Assembly: GCA_963422645.2 (NCBI GenBank)
Contig: CAXXVO010000008.1
Coordinates: 448,001 to 512,000, forward strand
DNA from: Alphaproteobacteria bacterium
Lineage (GTDB): Bacteria; Pseudomonadota; Alphaproteobacteria; UBA828
DNA length: 64,000 bases
Reading direction: 5' to 3'
The position numbers and the translations under genes are program-made. The notes under the pieces are model-generated. The model ran no database searches. It saw only the letters and a list, made by a program, of their open reading frames with translations, and was not told the origin of the DNA. Each line of letters starts with the position of its first letter. Position 1 is the first letter of the stretch. Of the stretch, positions 31,986 through 43,110 are shown in pieces.

Positions 31986-32654
31986 CTACGCCGCTGCTTG
32001 ATAGCGCGCGATGGCGGCCTCGAGCCCCGAGCGCGGGCTGGTCAAGAGCGGCACCTGGATGTCGGCGCAGCGGGCGAGCGCCGGAGTCATGGAGGCTTGG
32101 GCGAGCACGATGGCGTCGGTCGAGGCGGCGGCCTCGTACAGGCCCTCGGCGATGATGCGCTCGTGACCCTCTGCATCGCCCGCCACCAGCCGGGCACGGG
32201 CCTCGGCGAAGACGACGGAGCTGATCTCGACCTCCTTGCCGGCCCGGCGCGCGGCGTCGGCGACCAGATCGGCGGTGGGCCCAATGGTGGTGGCGAGCGT
32301 CGCGGCAACGGTGATGCGCCGGCCGGCCATCACCGCCGCCTCGGCCATCGGCCGGTCGACCCGGAGGACCGGCACGTCCGCCTGCGCCGCCGCGTCGTCG
32401 GCGCCAGGGCCAACGGTTGAACAGGTGCAGAGCACGAGTGCGGCGCCCTCGGTCGCCTCCAGCAGCGCCGCGCAAGTGCGCGCCCTGATCTCGTCGGACA
32501 GTCCGCCCGCATCGATCGCGTCCGTCAGCAGTGCTGCCTGAACCACATGGCGCACCGGAACCTCGGGATCGATCTCGGCGCGCAGTTCATCGAACAGGTC
32601 AATCAGCCCCGCCACCGTGTGGACCATGACCAACTCGCCAGTTCCGCCGCCCAT
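31986..32654 (-). CDS. Asp/Glu/hydantoin racemase-like protein
   Basis: LCTCSTVG, VDRPMAEAAV, VLAQASM, LTSP. Confidence 0.75.
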   Translation of the reverse strand: MGGGTGELVMVHTVAGLIDLFDELRAEIDPEVPVRHVVQAALLTDAIDAGGLSDEIRARTCAALLEATEGAALVLCTCSTVGPGADDAAAQADVPVLRVDRPMAEAAVMAGRRITVAATLATTIGPTADLVADAARRAGKEVEISSVVFAEARARLVAGDAEGHERIIAEGLYEAAASTDAIVLAQASMTPALARCADIQVPLLTSPRSGLEAAIARYQAAA

Positions 32655-32721
32655 CGCCCCCTCCTTCGTAGTCCTGCGCCGTCCCTATCAGATGACACGA
32701 TGACGGGAAAGCGCGCGGGCC

Positions 32722-33522
32722 TCACGCCCGCCAGACGACCGGGTACTGCGGGTCTTCGTGGAAGGGCTGGCCGGTGCGGAGCGCGGTGGGATGCTTGGGA
32801 AACTCGGCCGGCGGGTCGCGCAGGATGAAGCACACATCGTCGCCGAGCCAACGGTGGGTCAGGGTGCGGCGGCGGGTGTCTTGCGTGGGGTTGTTGCGGC
32901 CCTGGTGCACGACTAGCCCCTGGAAGAAGATGCAGTCTCCGGGTTCCAGCTCCCACGAGACGATGTCGTAGTCTTCGCGCGCGGCCTCGATATCCGGGCA
33001 GCGCTCGAACGCGGCGCTGGAATGGCGGGCGCCGTCCAACATGCTGTCGAAGGGCGCGAACCAGCGCCCCCAGAGGTGGGAGCCGCGCACGAACTCCAGC
33101 GTCGTCTCCGGCGTGATCGGGTCGAGCGGGATCCAGTTGGAGCAGAGCTGCTGGCCGTCCACCGCCATGTAGGGCTGGTCCTGGTGCCACTGGGTGAGGC
33201 CTTGGGTGCCCGGCTCCTTCACGAACACCTGGTCGTAGAAGAACGTGATCGTGGCTGCCTCTGAGAGCGCGGCGGCGATCGCGGCTAGCGGGCCTTCGAT
33301 GGCGAACTCCCTGAACACCGGCACGTGGCGCCAGAGATCGAAGTCGTTGAAGAAGAGGCCGGGGTCGGACTCCTCGGTGTAGATCTCGACATTGGGGCCG
33401 GGTGCCGCCATGTCGGCGGCGACGCCCTCGCGCAGGCGCTCAATCCAGTCCTGATCGATCACGCCGCGCAGACACACCGCCCCGTCGGTGCGATAGGCCT
33501 CGATTTCGGCTTGCGTCGGCAT
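32722..33522 (-). CDS. Phytanoyl-CoA dioxygenase (PhyH) family Fe/2OG enzyme
   Basis: WHQD, WIPLD, PGDCIFF..VVH. Confidence 0.88.
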   Translation of the reverse strand: MPTQAEIEAYRTDGAVCLRGVIDQDWIERLREGVAADMAAPGPNVEIYTEESDPGLFFNDFDLWRHVPVFREFAIEGPLAAIAAALSEAATITFFYDQVFVKEPGTQGLTQWHQDQPYMAVDGQQLCSNWIPLDPITPETTLEFVRGSHLWGRWFAPFDSMLDGARHSSAAFERCPDIEAAREDYDIVSWELEPGDCIFFQGLVVHQGRNNPTQDTRRRTLTHRWLGDDVCFILRDPPAEFPKHPTALRTGQPFHEDPQYPVVWRA

Positions 33523-33706
33523 TGTGGCGCGCCCTCCGTCACCGCGGCCGAGTGTACCGCAGCGCGCAGCGCGCAGGCCAATCCTCGCGCCTGCCCTTCA
33601 CGACGCGACTTGAAATACGGCACGCCGCTGCGCACCTATGACGGCAACGCGATTCGTCGGATTCGCGTGCCTGGGCGTGAGCAGACCTGGAACGAGGGAA
33701 CAAGCA

Positions 33707-34342
33707 ATGATCGGCAGTGGAGTGGTGATGAGAATCGGTTCGGTGCGTGGCAGGTTCGGCCGGGTCGGCCTGACCGCCGCGGCACTGCTCGCCGTGGCGG
33801 TGATCGCCGTTGGCTGCGAGGTCCCGCTGCAGAGCCGCGACAGCACTCCCCCCTCCTTCGCGCACTTGCCGCCGCTGGTGTTCGACCTGGAGCGGATCGA
33901 GGTCGTTGAACGCGGGGCCGCGCCGCACCCCTCCGACGTCGACCACCTTTTCCCGATCCCGCCGGCGGTTGGCGCGCGGCTCTGGGTGGAGGACCGGCTG
34001 CGGGCGAGCGGCCACGTCGGCGTCCTGCGTGTGACCATCGAAGAAGCGAGCGCCAGAACGACACCCTTCGCGACCAATAAGGACCTCGAAGGCCTGCTGA
34101 CGGAAGAGCAGGCCGAGCGGATCGACCTTCGGCTGCGCGTGACCATCGAGGCGATAGACGGGAATGGCGAGGTGAACGGCAGCGCCACCGCCGAGGCCGA
34201 GCGCTCCCGCACGCTGCCCGAGGGCATCACTCTCGCAGAGCGCGAACGGCACTACGACGAGATCGTGGGAGCCCTGCTCCACGACTACAACGCGAGCCAG
34301 GAGGGTGCGATCCGGAAGTATCTGGGGCTCTACCTGCGGTAA
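33707..34342 (+). CDS. Hypothetical lipoprotein
   Basis: Lipobox-like AVGC after a hydrophobic stretch; start uncertain. Confidence 0.6.
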   Translation: MIGSGVVMRIGSVRGRFGRVGLTAAALLAVAVIAVGCEVPLQSRDSTPPSFAHLPPLVFDLERIEVVERGAAPHPSDVDHLFPIPPAVGARLWVEDRLRASGHVGVLRVTIEEASARTTPFATNKDLEGLLTEEQAERIDLRLRVTIEAIDGNGEVNGSATAEAERSRTLPEGITLAERERHYDEIVGALLHDYNASQEGAIRKYLGLYLR

Positions 34343-34415
34343 GGCTGTGAGGAGCGGCGGTGCGGGGTGGCAAGAACGCGATTGCGGTGGTGAACAGCAC
34401 CTAACGAATTCGATC

Positions 34416-37400
34416 TCAGGCCAGAGTGCGCCGGTCTTGCTCGTGGGACTTGGTGACAGCCTGACGCCACGGAAAGGAGCGAGACCCTGAGATGACCTCA
34501 ACTAGCCACGTTCCATCCTCCTTAAGCATCCATGGGGCGCTCTTAAAGGCTACTCCCCGTTGATCGGTAACCCAGGAGATTTCGACTCCGTTGCCAACCA
34601 TGGTGTAGCCTCGTCGCGAGGCATCTCGCATCGGTACGGGAACAGTCAACACAGCATTCCGAGCCTTCGGCGACTCGTCCAGCAGGCGTAACAAGACTGC
34701 AAATTCCTGTTGCTTTCCAGGATCTCTGGCTTGGAGCAAAGCCGTCAGTTTGGAAAGACGGGGCCCGAGGTCGACCATCTGGGTAATCGGGTCGCGGGCA
34801 ACCGCGCAGCGCCAAAGTACCGATAGAAAGAAGAGCTTGAGGTTGTGGTAGTCAAGGGAAGACCTTCGGATTGTGCGCTCATGGGCCCGTGTTTGGACTT
34901 GGTTGAGATTTACCAGAAACCGGGCGGCAACGTGTTCATAATCGGAAAATTTCTCCTCGCACCTTGAACACAGCATGTACTCTTTGAGATGTCCCGGCCG
35001 GGACTTGCCCTCCGAGTAGTCAACACGAATAGGTGTTCCGGGAGCCAGCCGCCCCATCGGTCGATACATTCAGACTTCCTGACCTCGTGATGCTGGCTGT
35101 TCTGGGCAGCGTGCCGGGAACTCCTTGAATTCTGATACATTTCGGTTGTTTCAGGCGGTTTTTCGCTGGGTGTCGCGCCCGAGGTCTGATATTATAATTT
35201 GATACCAATTGCACGGTCTCAACCATGCCCAGTACCCTCCCAATGTGCCCTCCAGAGGCGGTCTCGATCGGCAACAGCTGCTTCGCCGTCCTGATCTCGG
35301 ACGACACCTTCACCTACTTTTCCAACCTCATTCCCTTTGACAGCCACGCCGCCGATGACCGCACGGCCATGCTCTTGCGGATCGGCCGCCTCGCGGCGAT
35401 CAGCGCGGTCTCGCCGCAGGAACTGGCTGACGCTTTCGCTGTCTCGCGCGCGACGGTGCAGCGCGCACGACGGCGCTACCTGGCCGAGGGCGAAGCGGGG
35501 TTCATGAAGCCCCGGCGCGGTCGCGGGCCGTCGGTGTTCACTCCGGAGTTGGCGGAGAAGGCGACGGCGTTGCTGGCATCGGGCCTGAGCGGCTCTGCGG
35601 CGGCCCGGGTTCTCGGCGTGTCAGCGCCATCGGTCAACAAGTGGCGCCGTCAGGGACTGATCGGCAACACGGAGGCGGATGGGGAGCCCGGACGCTCAGC
35701 GCTGGCTGCGCCGCCTGACGCGGGTGCGGCTCCTGAAGGCCGTGTCGATGAAGAGAGTACCGGTGCCCCGGGGCCGGAGACGGCGCCGGGGCTGGAAGCG
35801 CAGCCGCAAACGGATCGCAGCGCGCGCGATCGGCGGGACCGGCAGGCGCCGATGGGGCGTGCGACTTGCGATGTTCCGGCTCGGGTTCTGGCCAGTTGTG
35901 GACAGGCGGGGCCGGTCGAACCGCAGTTCGCCGCCGCCGCCCGCGGTGTCCGCTTCGGCGGCGTGCTCGCCGCCCTGCCGGCCCTGCTGAAGGAAGGTCT
36001 TCTCTCCGAGACCGGTCTCCTGCCATTGCTGCCGAAGGGCTATTACGGCTTGCCTACGATCCTGCTCTTCCTGGCCTTCATGACCTTGGCGCGGGTGCGC
36101 AACCCCGAGAGCCTGCGCTACCAGGCGCCGGGCGAATGGGGCGCCATTCTCGGCCTCGATCGCTGCCCCGAGGTCAAGACGCTGCGCCGCAAGATCGCTC
36201 TCATCGCCGACGACGAGGCCGGCGTGCGGGCGTGGCAGCTCGCCCTTGCCAGGCGCTGGCAGGCGCCGACGAGCCGGAGCTCTGGGCGACGCTGGCCATC
36301 GACGGGCACGTCAAGGTCTACTCCGGCCGCAAGGGGCGCTTGCCCAAGCACTTCGTCTCGCGCGAGAAGCTGTGCCTGCCGGCGAGCGCCAGCTACTGGA
36401 TCAACGCTCTGGGCGGCAAGCCGCTGCTCTGTCTGCACAAGCCGCTGGACCCGAAGATGGTCGCGGCCATCGAAGCCGACGTGGTGCCGGCGCTGCAGGA
36501 GCTTGGGATCGTTGGCGCCGGGGCGCCGGACCTGACCGCCGAGCATCCCGGCCAGCCGGCGCTCACCCTGGTCTTCGACCGCGAGGGCTGGAGCCCGGAT
36601 CTGTTCCGCCGGCTGGCGAGGCGCGGCGTCGCCTGCCTGACCTGGCACAAGAACTTCAGGGGCGAGGACTGGCCGGCCGAGGACTTCGGCGCGATGACCG
36701 TTCCCATTCACGGACCGGCGGCGGACGGCAGCGCCACCATGCGGCTGGCTGAGAAGCCGGTGACGTTGCCGAACGGCTTCAGGGTGCGCCAGATCCGCCG
36801 CCTGCTCGACAACGGCCGTCAGGTGCCGCTGATCACCACCGATCCGCACAAGCCGATGGCTGAGGTTGCGGGCGCCATGTTCTCGCGCTGGTCGCAGGAG
36901 AACTTCTTCAAGTACATGCGTGACGAGTTCAATCTCGACGCCCTGCCGACCCACGAGCTCGAGCCTCTCGATCCCGCCGCCATGGTCGTCAACCCGCTGC
37001 GGCGGGCCTATGACAAGGCAATCCATCGCCTCGACCGCCAGCTTGGCCGCCTGCGCAACCGCATCGCCGACACGGCCCGGAAGAAGCAGCCGACGGCGGA
37101 ACTCAGGAGGGAAGTCAGGGACCTCCAGGATGTCCGCGACATCGTCAGGGCCAGCCGCAGGGAGACGCCCAAGCACTGCCGGGCCGGCGACCTCGACGAA
37201 GCCGAGCAGCTCGATGCCTTGCCCGCGCGCGAGCGCCTCCTCCTCGACGTCATCCGGATGATCGCCTACCGCGCCGAAACCCGCATGATGCTTCCCGTCA
37301 TGCAGGCGCAGGGCCACAAGCCCCATCCCCGGAAACTGCTTCAAGCGCTGCTCACCGCCGATGCCGACATCCTGCCGGATCCTGGCAATGGCCTCCTGCG

Positions 37401-37689
37401 GGTCCACATTCTTGGCCTCGCAAACGACGCCTGCGACCGTTGGATCGATGCGGTTCTGAGCGACCTGAACGCCACCGAAACGGTCTTCCCCGGCACCCGT
37501 CTGCGCATAGTCTACGACATCGACGGGGCCTCGGAATCCGCGCGGCTCGTGTCACCTAAAATCAGCAGAGGTCAGGAAGTCTGACATTAGGCGAGGGATG
37601 ACGTGGGAATGAAGGAGCCGGGACGGAACCTGGCAAAGGCGACAGTCCTCGAGAGCAGCTTCAAGATCGCGGGATGTACGGGCCTTCAT
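34416..37689 (-). pseudogene. HNH-type Zn endonuclease interrupted by type C IS copy 3
   Basis: Removing the IS joins MKARTSRDLEAALEDCRLCQVPSRLLHSHVIPRL to MYRPM...LCSRCEEKFS; CxxC..SH.IP..CxxC pattern. Confidence 0.75.
35071..37583 (+). mobile_element. Type C IS, copy 3 (transposase 35225-37584, frameshift near 36262)
   Basis: Same IRs; 5-bp TSD ACATT. Confidence 0.9.
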
Positions 37690-37795
37690 CTGTCAAATTT
37701 TCTTTCAGTCTAGATACCTCAACCATGTGGCCTGACCTCCCAAGACAAGCGGCGCAACCGTAGGCGCAAAGCGCAGTACTCGGTGTGCGCCTCCC

Positions 37796-38836
37796 CTATC
37801 CGCCGACCACTGCCTCGAGCGCCTCGCCTGCCGCATCGACCGCTGCCGCATCGACATCGAGGTGCGTGACCGCGCGCAACCGATGGCGGTCCATGGCGCC
37901 GATCAGCACGCCCTTGGCCCGTAGCGCGTCCGAAAGATCGGCCGCGCTCAGCCCGGTCTCGGCACAATCGAAGAAGACCAGGTTGCTGTCGACTCGCACT
38001 TGGTCGAGGGTGAGCTGCGGCAGCGCGCGCACCTTGTCGGCGAGGCTGCGGGCGTTGGCGTGATCCTCGGCGAGGCGCGCGACATGGTGGTCGAGCGCAT
38101 AAAGCCCGGCGGCGGCGAGGATGCCGGATTGGCGCATGGAGCCGCCGAGGCGCTGCTTCCACTGCCAGGCTGCCTCGATGAACTCGGCGGAGCCGGCGAG
38201 CACGGCGCCGACCGGGCAGCCAAGCCCCTTGCTGAAGTCCACCCACACGGAATCGAAGGGGGCGGCGTAGTGGGCAGCGTCCACGCCCGATTCGACCACC
38301 GCGTTGAGGAGCCGTGCGCCATCCATGTGGAGCGCGAGCCCGTGTGCCCTGGCGGTCTCGCCCACAGCCTCGATGGTCTCGAGCGGCCAGATCGTGCCGC
38401 CGCCCTGATTCGAGGTCTGCTCGACCACGGCGAGGCGCGAGCGCGGCGCATAGCGGCTCACGGCGCGGACCGCATCGGCAAGCTGTTCCGGCGAGTAGAC
38501 GCCGGCCTCGCCGTCGAGGGGGCGCACCATGGCGCCGGCGAGCGCAGCCGGGCCGCCGCCTTCCGACGTGATGATGTGCGCCGTGTGGTCGCAGATCACC
38601 TCCTCGCCGGGGCGGCAGTGCACCAGCAGCGCGATCTCGTTGCACATGGAGCCGGACGGCAGGAAGACCCCCACCTCCTTGCCCAGCATCGCGGCCACGC
38701 GCGCCTGCAGTGCGTTGACGGTAGGGTCCTCGCCGCGCTGCTCGTCGCCGACCTCGGCCTCGGCCATGGCCTGGCGCATGGCCGCCGTCGGCCGCGTGAC
38801 CGTGTCGCTTCTGAGATCGACGTGATTGCCCGACAT
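37796..38836 (-). CDS. ltaE: Low-specificity L-threonine aldolase
   Basis: DLRSDTVTRP, HMDGARL, FSKGLG (PLP lysine), GGSMRQSG. Confidence 0.9.
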   Translation of the reverse strand: MSGNHVDLRSDTVTRPTAAMRQAMAEAEVGDEQRGEDPTVNALQARVAAMLGKEVGVFLPSGSMCNEIALLVHCRPGEEVICDHTAHIITSEGGGPAALAGAMVRPLDGEAGVYSPEQLADAVRAVSRYAPRSRLAVVEQTSNQGGGTIWPLETIEAVGETARAHGLALHMDGARLLNAVVESGVDAAHYAAPFDSVWVDFSKGLGCPVGAVLAGSAEFIEAAWQWKQRLGGSMRQSGILAAAGLYALDHHVARLAEDHANARSLADKVRALPQLTLDQVRVDSNLVFFDCAETGLSAADLSDALRAKGVLIGAMDRHRLRAVTHLDVDAAAVDAAGEALEAVVGG

Positions 38837-38917
38837 GCTGCTCTCCCCATTATCAGCGCGTTTGCGGCGCAATGATGCCACCGAGCCGGCGCCGGCTACA
38901 GCCCCACTTCACCCGCA

Positions 38918-40228
38918 TTGCCTCCCGGGTGCCCTCCTATGCGTTGCGCGCGCCAGTCGCTATGGTCGAGCGCCGTGCCGCCCGCCGCTCCCTCACCCTC
39001 TGTGCCGCCCCACCAACATGGCTACCGCTGGGCCATGCTGGGCGGGGTCTGGCTGATCTATTTCGGCTTCGGCCTGCTGTCGCTGGCGATGGCGCCGCTG
39101 GTGGACCCTATCAGCCGCGACCTCGGCCTCAGCTACACGACCATGGGCGCCATCCTGGGCGCCTGGCCGCTTGTCTATATCGTGGCGGCCGCGCCCTGCG
39201 GGGCTTTCGTCGACCGTGTGGGGCTCAAGTGGTCCCTCTTCCTCGCCGCCCTCATCATCACCGCATCGGGCGGATTGCGTGTCGTCGCCTTCGACGCGGT
39301 CTCGATGTTCGTGGCGGTCGGGCTGTTCGGCATCGGCGGGCCGCTCGTCTCGATCGGCGCACCGAAGGCCATCGCACAATGGTTCGAGGGTGCCGAGCGC
39401 GGCTTCGCCCTGGGCGTCTACATCACGGGCCCCTTCCTCGGACACATACTCGCGCTGGTGCTGACCAACAGCGTCCTGATGCCGCTGCTCGACGGGAACT
39501 GGCGTCAGGTCCTGCTGATCTATTCCGGCCTCATGCTCGCCGCCGGCATCGCCTGGTTCCTGCTCGGGAGTCACCCGATCAACCGCGTGGTCGAGCAGGC
39601 CGGGCGCCGCCGCGAGACCATCGCGGGCCAGATTGCCGTCTTCGCTGCGCTGCTACGCCTGCCGAGCATTCAAGTCATCCTGGCGATGAGCATCGGCGCC
39701 TTCTTTCTTCATCATGCGCTCGCCAACTGGCTGCCGGAGATGCTGCGCACGGGCGGCATGGCGCCGGACGAGGCCGGCATATGGTCGGCCCTGCCCACGG
39801 CCGTCGGGATCGTCGGTGCGTTGTTGATCCCCAGGCTCGCGACATCGCCCAGACGCTTCGCGATCCTGATCGCGCTCTCGCTTTGCATCGGCGCAGGCGC
39901 GCTGCTGCTGCTGGCCACAGGCGTGCCGGCGCTGGTGGTGGCGATGGTGCTGCAGGGCATTGGCCGCGGCACGCTGATTGCCGTCCTGATCCTGGTCCTG
40001 ATGGAGACGCGCGGCGTCGACCCGCGCAACACCGGGGCAGCGGTCGGCCTGTTCTTCTCGGCAGCGGAGATCGGCGGCGTGCTGGGGCCGCTCGTGATCG
40101 GCGCGATGTGGGACCTGACAGGCGGATTCGACGCGGGCCTATGGCTCCTTGGCGCCGTGAGCCTCGCTCTCGTCGGGCTGCTCTACCTCCACCGGGGCAT
40201 CGAGCGACGCGATATCGCCGCGGCTTAG
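38918..40228 (+). CDS. MFS transporter (start uncertain)
   Basis: About 12 hydrophobic segments, GAFVDRVG motif A. Confidence 0.85.
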   Translation: MPPGCPPMRCARQSLWSSAVPPAAPSPSVPPHQHGYRWAMLGGVWLIYFGFGLLSLAMAPLVDPISRDLGLSYTTMGAILGAWPLVYIVAAAPCGAFVDRVGLKWSLFLAALIITASGGLRVVAFDAVSMFVAVGLFGIGGPLVSIGAPKAIAQWFEGAERGFALGVYITGPFLGHILALVLTNSVLMPLLDGNWRQVLLIYSGLMLAAGIAWFLLGSHPINRVVEQAGRRRETIAGQIAVFAALLRLPSIQVILAMSIGAFFLHHALANWLPEMLRTGGMAPDEAGIWSALPTAVGIVGALLIPRLATSPRRFAILIALSLCIGAGALLLLATGVPALVVAMVLQGIGRGTLIAVLILVLMETRGVDPRNTGAAVGLFFSAAEIGGVLGPLVIGAMWDLTGGFDAGLWLLGAVSLALVGLLYLHRGIERRDIAAA

Positions 40229-40237
40229 CTCCTAGCC

Positions 40238-41551
40238 TTACTCCGCCGCGGCGGCCACCCGGCGTGCTGCCCCGCGCCGCGGCTGGGGCGGCTTGTGGTA
40301 CGCGCCGTCCTTCATGACCATGAGGATGTTGTTCTTGTCCTGGAAGAGCGTGAGGTCCGCCAGCGGATCGCCGTCGATCATGATGAGATCGGCGAGGTAG
40401 CCTTCCTTGACCTCCCCCATCTCGGGAATGCCACTGCCCTGCGCGTTGGCGAAGGCGTAGAGCTCGCCGCCCAGCTTCGTGGCCGCGTGCAACACCTCGG
40501 CCGGGGTGAAATCGAAGTAGTTCACGAAGTGCTCGAAGTCCCGCGCGTCCGTCCCGTGGGGCACCCAGGCGAAGGCATAGTCGCCGAAGGGCAGCACGCG
40601 GACGCCGCGGGCGTGCAGCTTCTTCACGGTTTCGCTGACGATGGTGAGCTCGTGGTGGTGGCGGAGCGCGATCTCGCTCTCCGGCGGCATGCCGAATTCG
40701 GCGGACTCGTAGGCCGTGTTGTGGGTAATGCCGATCGCCGGCACGACAAAGACCTCGTCCTTGGCTTCAACCAGCATGTCGATGGTCTCGTCGTCGGCAT
40801 AAGTCGCGTGGTGGATGATGTTGATGCCGTACTTCAGGCAGAGCCTGACCGATTCCGCGGTCCGCGCGTGGGCACAGACGCGCCGGTTGCGCTGCTCGGC
40901 GACCTGGCAGACCGCCGCGACCTCCTCTTCCGTCATGACGGTCGTGTCGCCCCTGCCGTAGGGGTAAATGAACTCGTCGCCCGACGGCATGATCTTGAGG
41001 ATGTCGACGCCTTCGCGGCACAGCATCCGCGCGGTCTGGCGGAACTGCTCCTCCCCGTCGCATATGATCGAGAAGGCCCCGTGATGCATGTGGAGCTGGC
41101 GCGCGTCGCCCAGGCCGCCGGTGACCGTGAGCTCCGGCGAGGCCGCGAGGACGCGGGGCCCCTCCATCCTGCCCGCGTTGATTTCGTTGCGGATTACGAT
41201 GTCCATGCGAGTCTTGCCCGTCGCGGCGCAGACCAGGGCCGTGAAGCCGTGGTCGTGGAGGATCTGGGCATGGCGCATCGTGATGAGCGTGTTCTCCTCG
41301 GGCGGGGTATCGCCGAGGGAGTAGAGGGACGTCCCCTCCTCCGAATAGCCGATGTGAGAGTGACCGTTGACGAGGCCCGGCATCAGCGTCGCGCCACCGC
41401 CGTCCACCACCTCCGCGCCGTTCCGCTCGACGCGCTTCTTGCCCTTGACCACCTTCTTGATGCGGTTGCCCTGGACCAGGACCTCGCCCCGGTAGGACTT
41501 CTTGCCGGAGCCGTCGAATATCGAAATGTTGGTGAATAGCGTCTGCGTCAT
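40238..41551 (-). CDS. Metal-dependent amidohydrolase (Xaa-Pro dipeptidase-like group)
   Basis: LMPGLVNGHSH, VDILK, AHA, GYLADLIMIDGDP. Confidence 0.85.
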   Translation of the reverse strand: MTQTLFTNISIFDGSGKKSYRGEVLVQGNRIKKVVKGKKRVERNGAEVVDGGGATLMPGLVNGHSHIGYSEEGTSLYSLGDTPPEENTLITMRHAQILHDHGFTALVCAATGKTRMDIVIRNEINAGRMEGPRVLAASPELTVTGGLGDARQLHMHHGAFSIICDGEEQFRQTARMLCREGVDILKIMPSGDEFIYPYGRGDTTVMTEEEVAAVCQVAEQRNRRVCAHARTAESVRLCLKYGINIIHHATYADDETIDMLVEAKDEVFVVPAIGITHNTAYESAEFGMPPESEIALRHHHELTIVSETVKKLHARGVRVLPFGDYAFAWVPHGTDARDFEHFVNYFDFTPAEVLHAATKLGGELYAFANAQGSGIPEMGEVKEGYLADLIMIDGDPLADLTLFQDKNNILMVMKDGAYHKPPQPRRGAARRVAAAAE

Positions 41552-41779
41552 GGTCGCCCCCTTGCCCACTCGACTGACGGCGTTGGGAGGAGCGCACCGG
41601 GCTCATCTTGTTATTGTTTGCGTCGGCGCTCCGCTGCGCCCGCATCGCCGCTCGTGCGACGAACGCGAGCCCGCACCTGCCAGCCGATCCAACCGACGTC
41701 CATCCAATGCACCCCGGTTGCTCTACTCAGTGTAGCCCCATGCCGAAGCCGCAACAATCGAAAGCCGGGTCGCGCGGCC

Positions 41780-42415
41780 TCAGGCCGGGGCGAGCACGAA
41801 GTCGAAGCGCCCACGCCAGCTATCGTTGGCGCGGTCGAGGCGCATCACGAGGTCGTCCCGGAATATCCGGTCGCCGGCGTTGACCTCTACCAGGTCCGCA
41901 AAGAAGAGCTGGGTGGTGAGCACGCTGGTCGCCTCGCCCTGCACCTTCACATGAATGTGCGGCGTGCGGCCCGGATAGAGCCCCGGCCGGATGGTCTCGA
42001 AGCGGAATGCGCCGGAGGCATCGGTGAACTGATGCCCGCGATAGCCGAAGCCCCGATTGTCGTAGTGGCCCAGCTCATCACAGTGCCAGATGTCGATCAC
42101 GGCACCGGCCAGCGGCCGGCAATCGTGCGCGAGCACCAATCCTTCGAAGACCAGCGGCTCTCCCATCGTATCCGGCTCGCGCAGGGTACCCCGCTGCGGC
42201 GTCTGCGGGGTATAGAAGGGCCCAGCCGTCCGGGTGCGCGTGCCGGGCGTGCATTCCGCAGGCGGCGCGAGCGCGAGCCCGCGCTCGGCGGCCGGGCCCG
42301 AGAATGTATAGCCCAGGGAGGCCCAGCCGGTGCAGGCGGCGAAGGGCGTCGCCGCGGCGCTTCCGGCGGCGGCGAGGGCGGTCAGTGCCAAGCGGCGAGT
42401 GACGAAGCGGTTCAT
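41780..42415 (-). CDS. Intradiol ring-cleavage dioxygenase-like protein with a Tat-like signal
   Basis: TRRLAL, GPFY, DIWHCD..GHYD, YPGRTPHIHVK. Confidence 0.85.
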   Translation of the reverse strand: MNRFVTRRLALTALAAAGSAAATPFAACTGWASLGYTFSGPAAERGLALAPPAECTPGTRTRTAGPFYTPQTPQRGTLREPDTMGEPLVFEGLVLAHDCRPLAGAVIDIWHCDELGHYDNRGFGYRGHQFTDASGAFRFETIRPGLYPGRTPHIHVKVQGEATSVLTTQLFFADLVEVNAGDRIFRDDLVMRLDRANDSWRGRFDFVLAPA

Positions 42416-42524
42416 CGTCCGCACAGGGTAGCCGGTCCTGGTCCGCAATTCTAACCATGGTCGTGGTCTGCGGTGAGACATGCGGGTTAAGCTCTGCGCA
42501 ACGTATCAGGGGGAGACGACCGCA

Positions 42525-43100
42525 ATGCCAGCCATCGATCCGAACAAGGTGCAGTTCACCGGAGAGAATTCCTTCTTGAGGCTCAGGACCGAAGCCGATG
42601 GGCCGGAGACCACCGTCTGCGCCCACTGGCGCACGCTGATCTCGCCGGCCGGCCCCGGCACCTGCCTCTTCCTCCGCTCCGACGCGACCGGCGGCGAGGT
42701 CAAGCTCTATGCCGACAACATCGGTATGGCGCGATGGATTCAGGGCGAGTTCGAGTCGATCCTGAACCCGCCCTTTGCCGACACCGCCACGCCCATCGCC
42801 GAGGCGGCGTTTTCGCACGAGGGCGCTTTCCGCTCCATCTATCGAGAGATCGTCGACTCGGCCGACGGCCGCATCGAGTTGAGCTGGTCGGACATGGACG
42901 AGCCCTTCATGCTGACGCTGCCGCCGGACAACCCCGACACCGGGCCGTGGGCGGTCTACAGCTGCCTCACGCCGTGTCGGACCGCGACGCTGGAGGTCGC
43001 GGGAACGCGTGCCCAGGGCGGAGCTTATGAGAATGTCATGTTCGGGCGCCCGTCGAGCTCCTGCTGCCTGGCCTGGTCCGAAACCTGGCTGCGCGGCTGA
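42525..43100 (+). CDS. Hypothetical protein
   Basis: RBS GGGGAG; coding-like ORF directly upstream of asparaginase. Confidence 0.7.
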   Translation: MPAIDPNKVQFTGENSFLRLRTEADGPETTVCAHWRTLISPAGPGTCLFLRSDATGGEVKLYADNIGMARWIQGEFESILNPPFADTATPIAEAAFSHEGAFRSIYREIVDSADGRIELSWSDMDEPFMLTLPPDNPDTGPWAVYSCLTPCRTATLEVAGTRAQGGAYENVMFGRPSSSCCLAWSETWLRG

Positions 43101-43110
43101 GGCACCCGTC

